Below are positions 62,741 to 64,000 of a stretch of DNA of 64,000 bases, one piece after another. The position numbers and the translations under genes are program-made. Location: assembly GCF_036321535.1 (NCBI RefSeq), contig NC_087437.1, positions 104,472,001 through 104,536,000 on the forward strand, given 5' to 3'. The notes below the pieces were generated by a model. The model searched no databases. It was not told the origin of the DNA and saw only the letters and a list, made by a program, of their open reading frames with translations. Source of the DNA: Camelus dromedarius (lineage: Eukaryota). Position 1 is the first letter of the stretch, and every line of letters starts with the position of its first letter.

Positions 62741-64000
62741 GCAGGAGGTGAATTTTAATTTTTCCATTCTGATGTCTCAGTTCGGTATTTCAATCTGAGG
62801 AGCAGTGACGGAATTATATACACATGGCAGTGTTCCCTACCTAATGCTAATTTACACTGCAATGGGAAAAAACTTGAAATCCTGGTAACTAGAGAATACA
62901 TCTCTCTTCTATAGTTTGCACTTTTAAAACAAAGTAAAAAAAGTTATTCTTCCTCATCTCTCATCTTTATTTCAAGCCCTCCAAAATTCCTACCAACTCA
63001 TTAATGGAGTTATCAGACTCATTGTTTCTTGTTCCTTAATAACTTTAGGATTAATTTGTATGTGATACTATTGTAATTCTACTACTATGAGATGGTTACC
63101 TACGGGTGAAATACATACAGAGCAGTTTTAACATGGGCTTGGTCTTTGCTTGTTCTGAGTCCAGCTGGTATCTTGGCTACCCTCATACTGAAGTCAGAAT
63201 AAGGTAAACTACTCCAGTGGTTTGAAATCCCGGGTCATTTGACAGGAAGGGGAAAAAAAAAATGTCTCCATGTTTCTGATCTTTCTCACAAATCTTTCTA
63301 GTTGGGAATGCTGACGGTATTCACCTGACTGAAAGTCAAGTTTTGGCTCTAACTCATTTCTATACTCAGATCCAGCTCTTGTACCCTGTTCCTTCCTCTA
63401 ACAGAGATAGGCACTTTTACCTTTCTGCACCAAATTTTGCCATCTGCTAAATGAGGGAATAGAACTATTATACAATGTAGAATATTATTTTTAGCACTAA
63501 CATATGCTATTCTAATTTTTTAGTATTTAATAAAGTAAATCATATATCTGCTTACCTATAAATTAAAGAAATTATATAATTTCAAAATACATAATGGAAA
63601 GTTATATAAAATAATATCAAAATGTATAAATATATAAGGGGTTTATTAACTTGAACATAGAATATAATAAATTATATTGTTGTAAATTTAGACATTAAAA
63701 AAATTCACAGTGAATAGACAAGTAAATATCGCTTCTTGGTTTTCTGGATGTTATTTTAGCATTGTCACATGCACAGTTATAACTAAAATAGCTTTACATC
63801 AAAGACATACTTCTTCATGAAAAGTTTAAAATTTACATAAAATACATTTAAGATTTAATTGTATAAAATTCAAAGATATTTTAAAGAGTTAATTTTAAAA
63901 AGTATACTCAGTATGGAAAGTTAAATGAAAAAGTAAATCAAAGCTCTCATTTAGAAAATATATTTGAAATTGTATTTGTTAACTAAAATTTTGTATCTCA

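Noticed and set aside
1..64000. Prokaryotic systems (CRISPR arrays, operons, defence islands)
   Set aside because: The sequence is mammalian, with no regularly spaced direct repeats and no dense ORF clusters.

Overview
AT-rich mammalian nuclear DNA. The 3' UTR of a young L1 at 25.3-26.2 kb resembles camelid L1 as I recall it, but the species call is tentative. I find no intact protein-coding gene, and the short ORFs in the track are mostly repeat-derived or fragments of decayed exons. Firm features: an ancient mitochondrial insertion (NUMT: 16S 3' end, tRNA-Leu, ND1, tRNA-Ile/Gln/Met, 5' ND2; ~54.44-56.16 kb, minus strand), a 5'-truncated LDHB processed pseudogene with a 20-bp TSD (31.8-32.3 kb), a 5'-truncated L1 with a 15-bp TSD, a CpG island (23.34-23.90 kb) and many old L1, L2, MIR, MaLR, ERV and DNA-transposon relics. 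Main observation: more than 25 minus-strand blocks between ~61.8 kb and ~2.9 kb are mostly bounded by AG/GT splice signals and carry scattered stops and frameshifts. Translated by hand they give an ordered series of signalling-domain motifs: SH3, SH3, several C2, DH (RhoGEF), PH, many RGS-like repeats, ankyrin repeats, then more RGS-like repeats. Splice phases are preserved across the ankyrin cluster. This looks like the fossil (unitary pseudogene) of a very large multidomain G-protein/Rho signalling gene that I cannot match to a known mammalian gene. All domain calls are by-eye motif matches and need HMM or tblastn confirmation.
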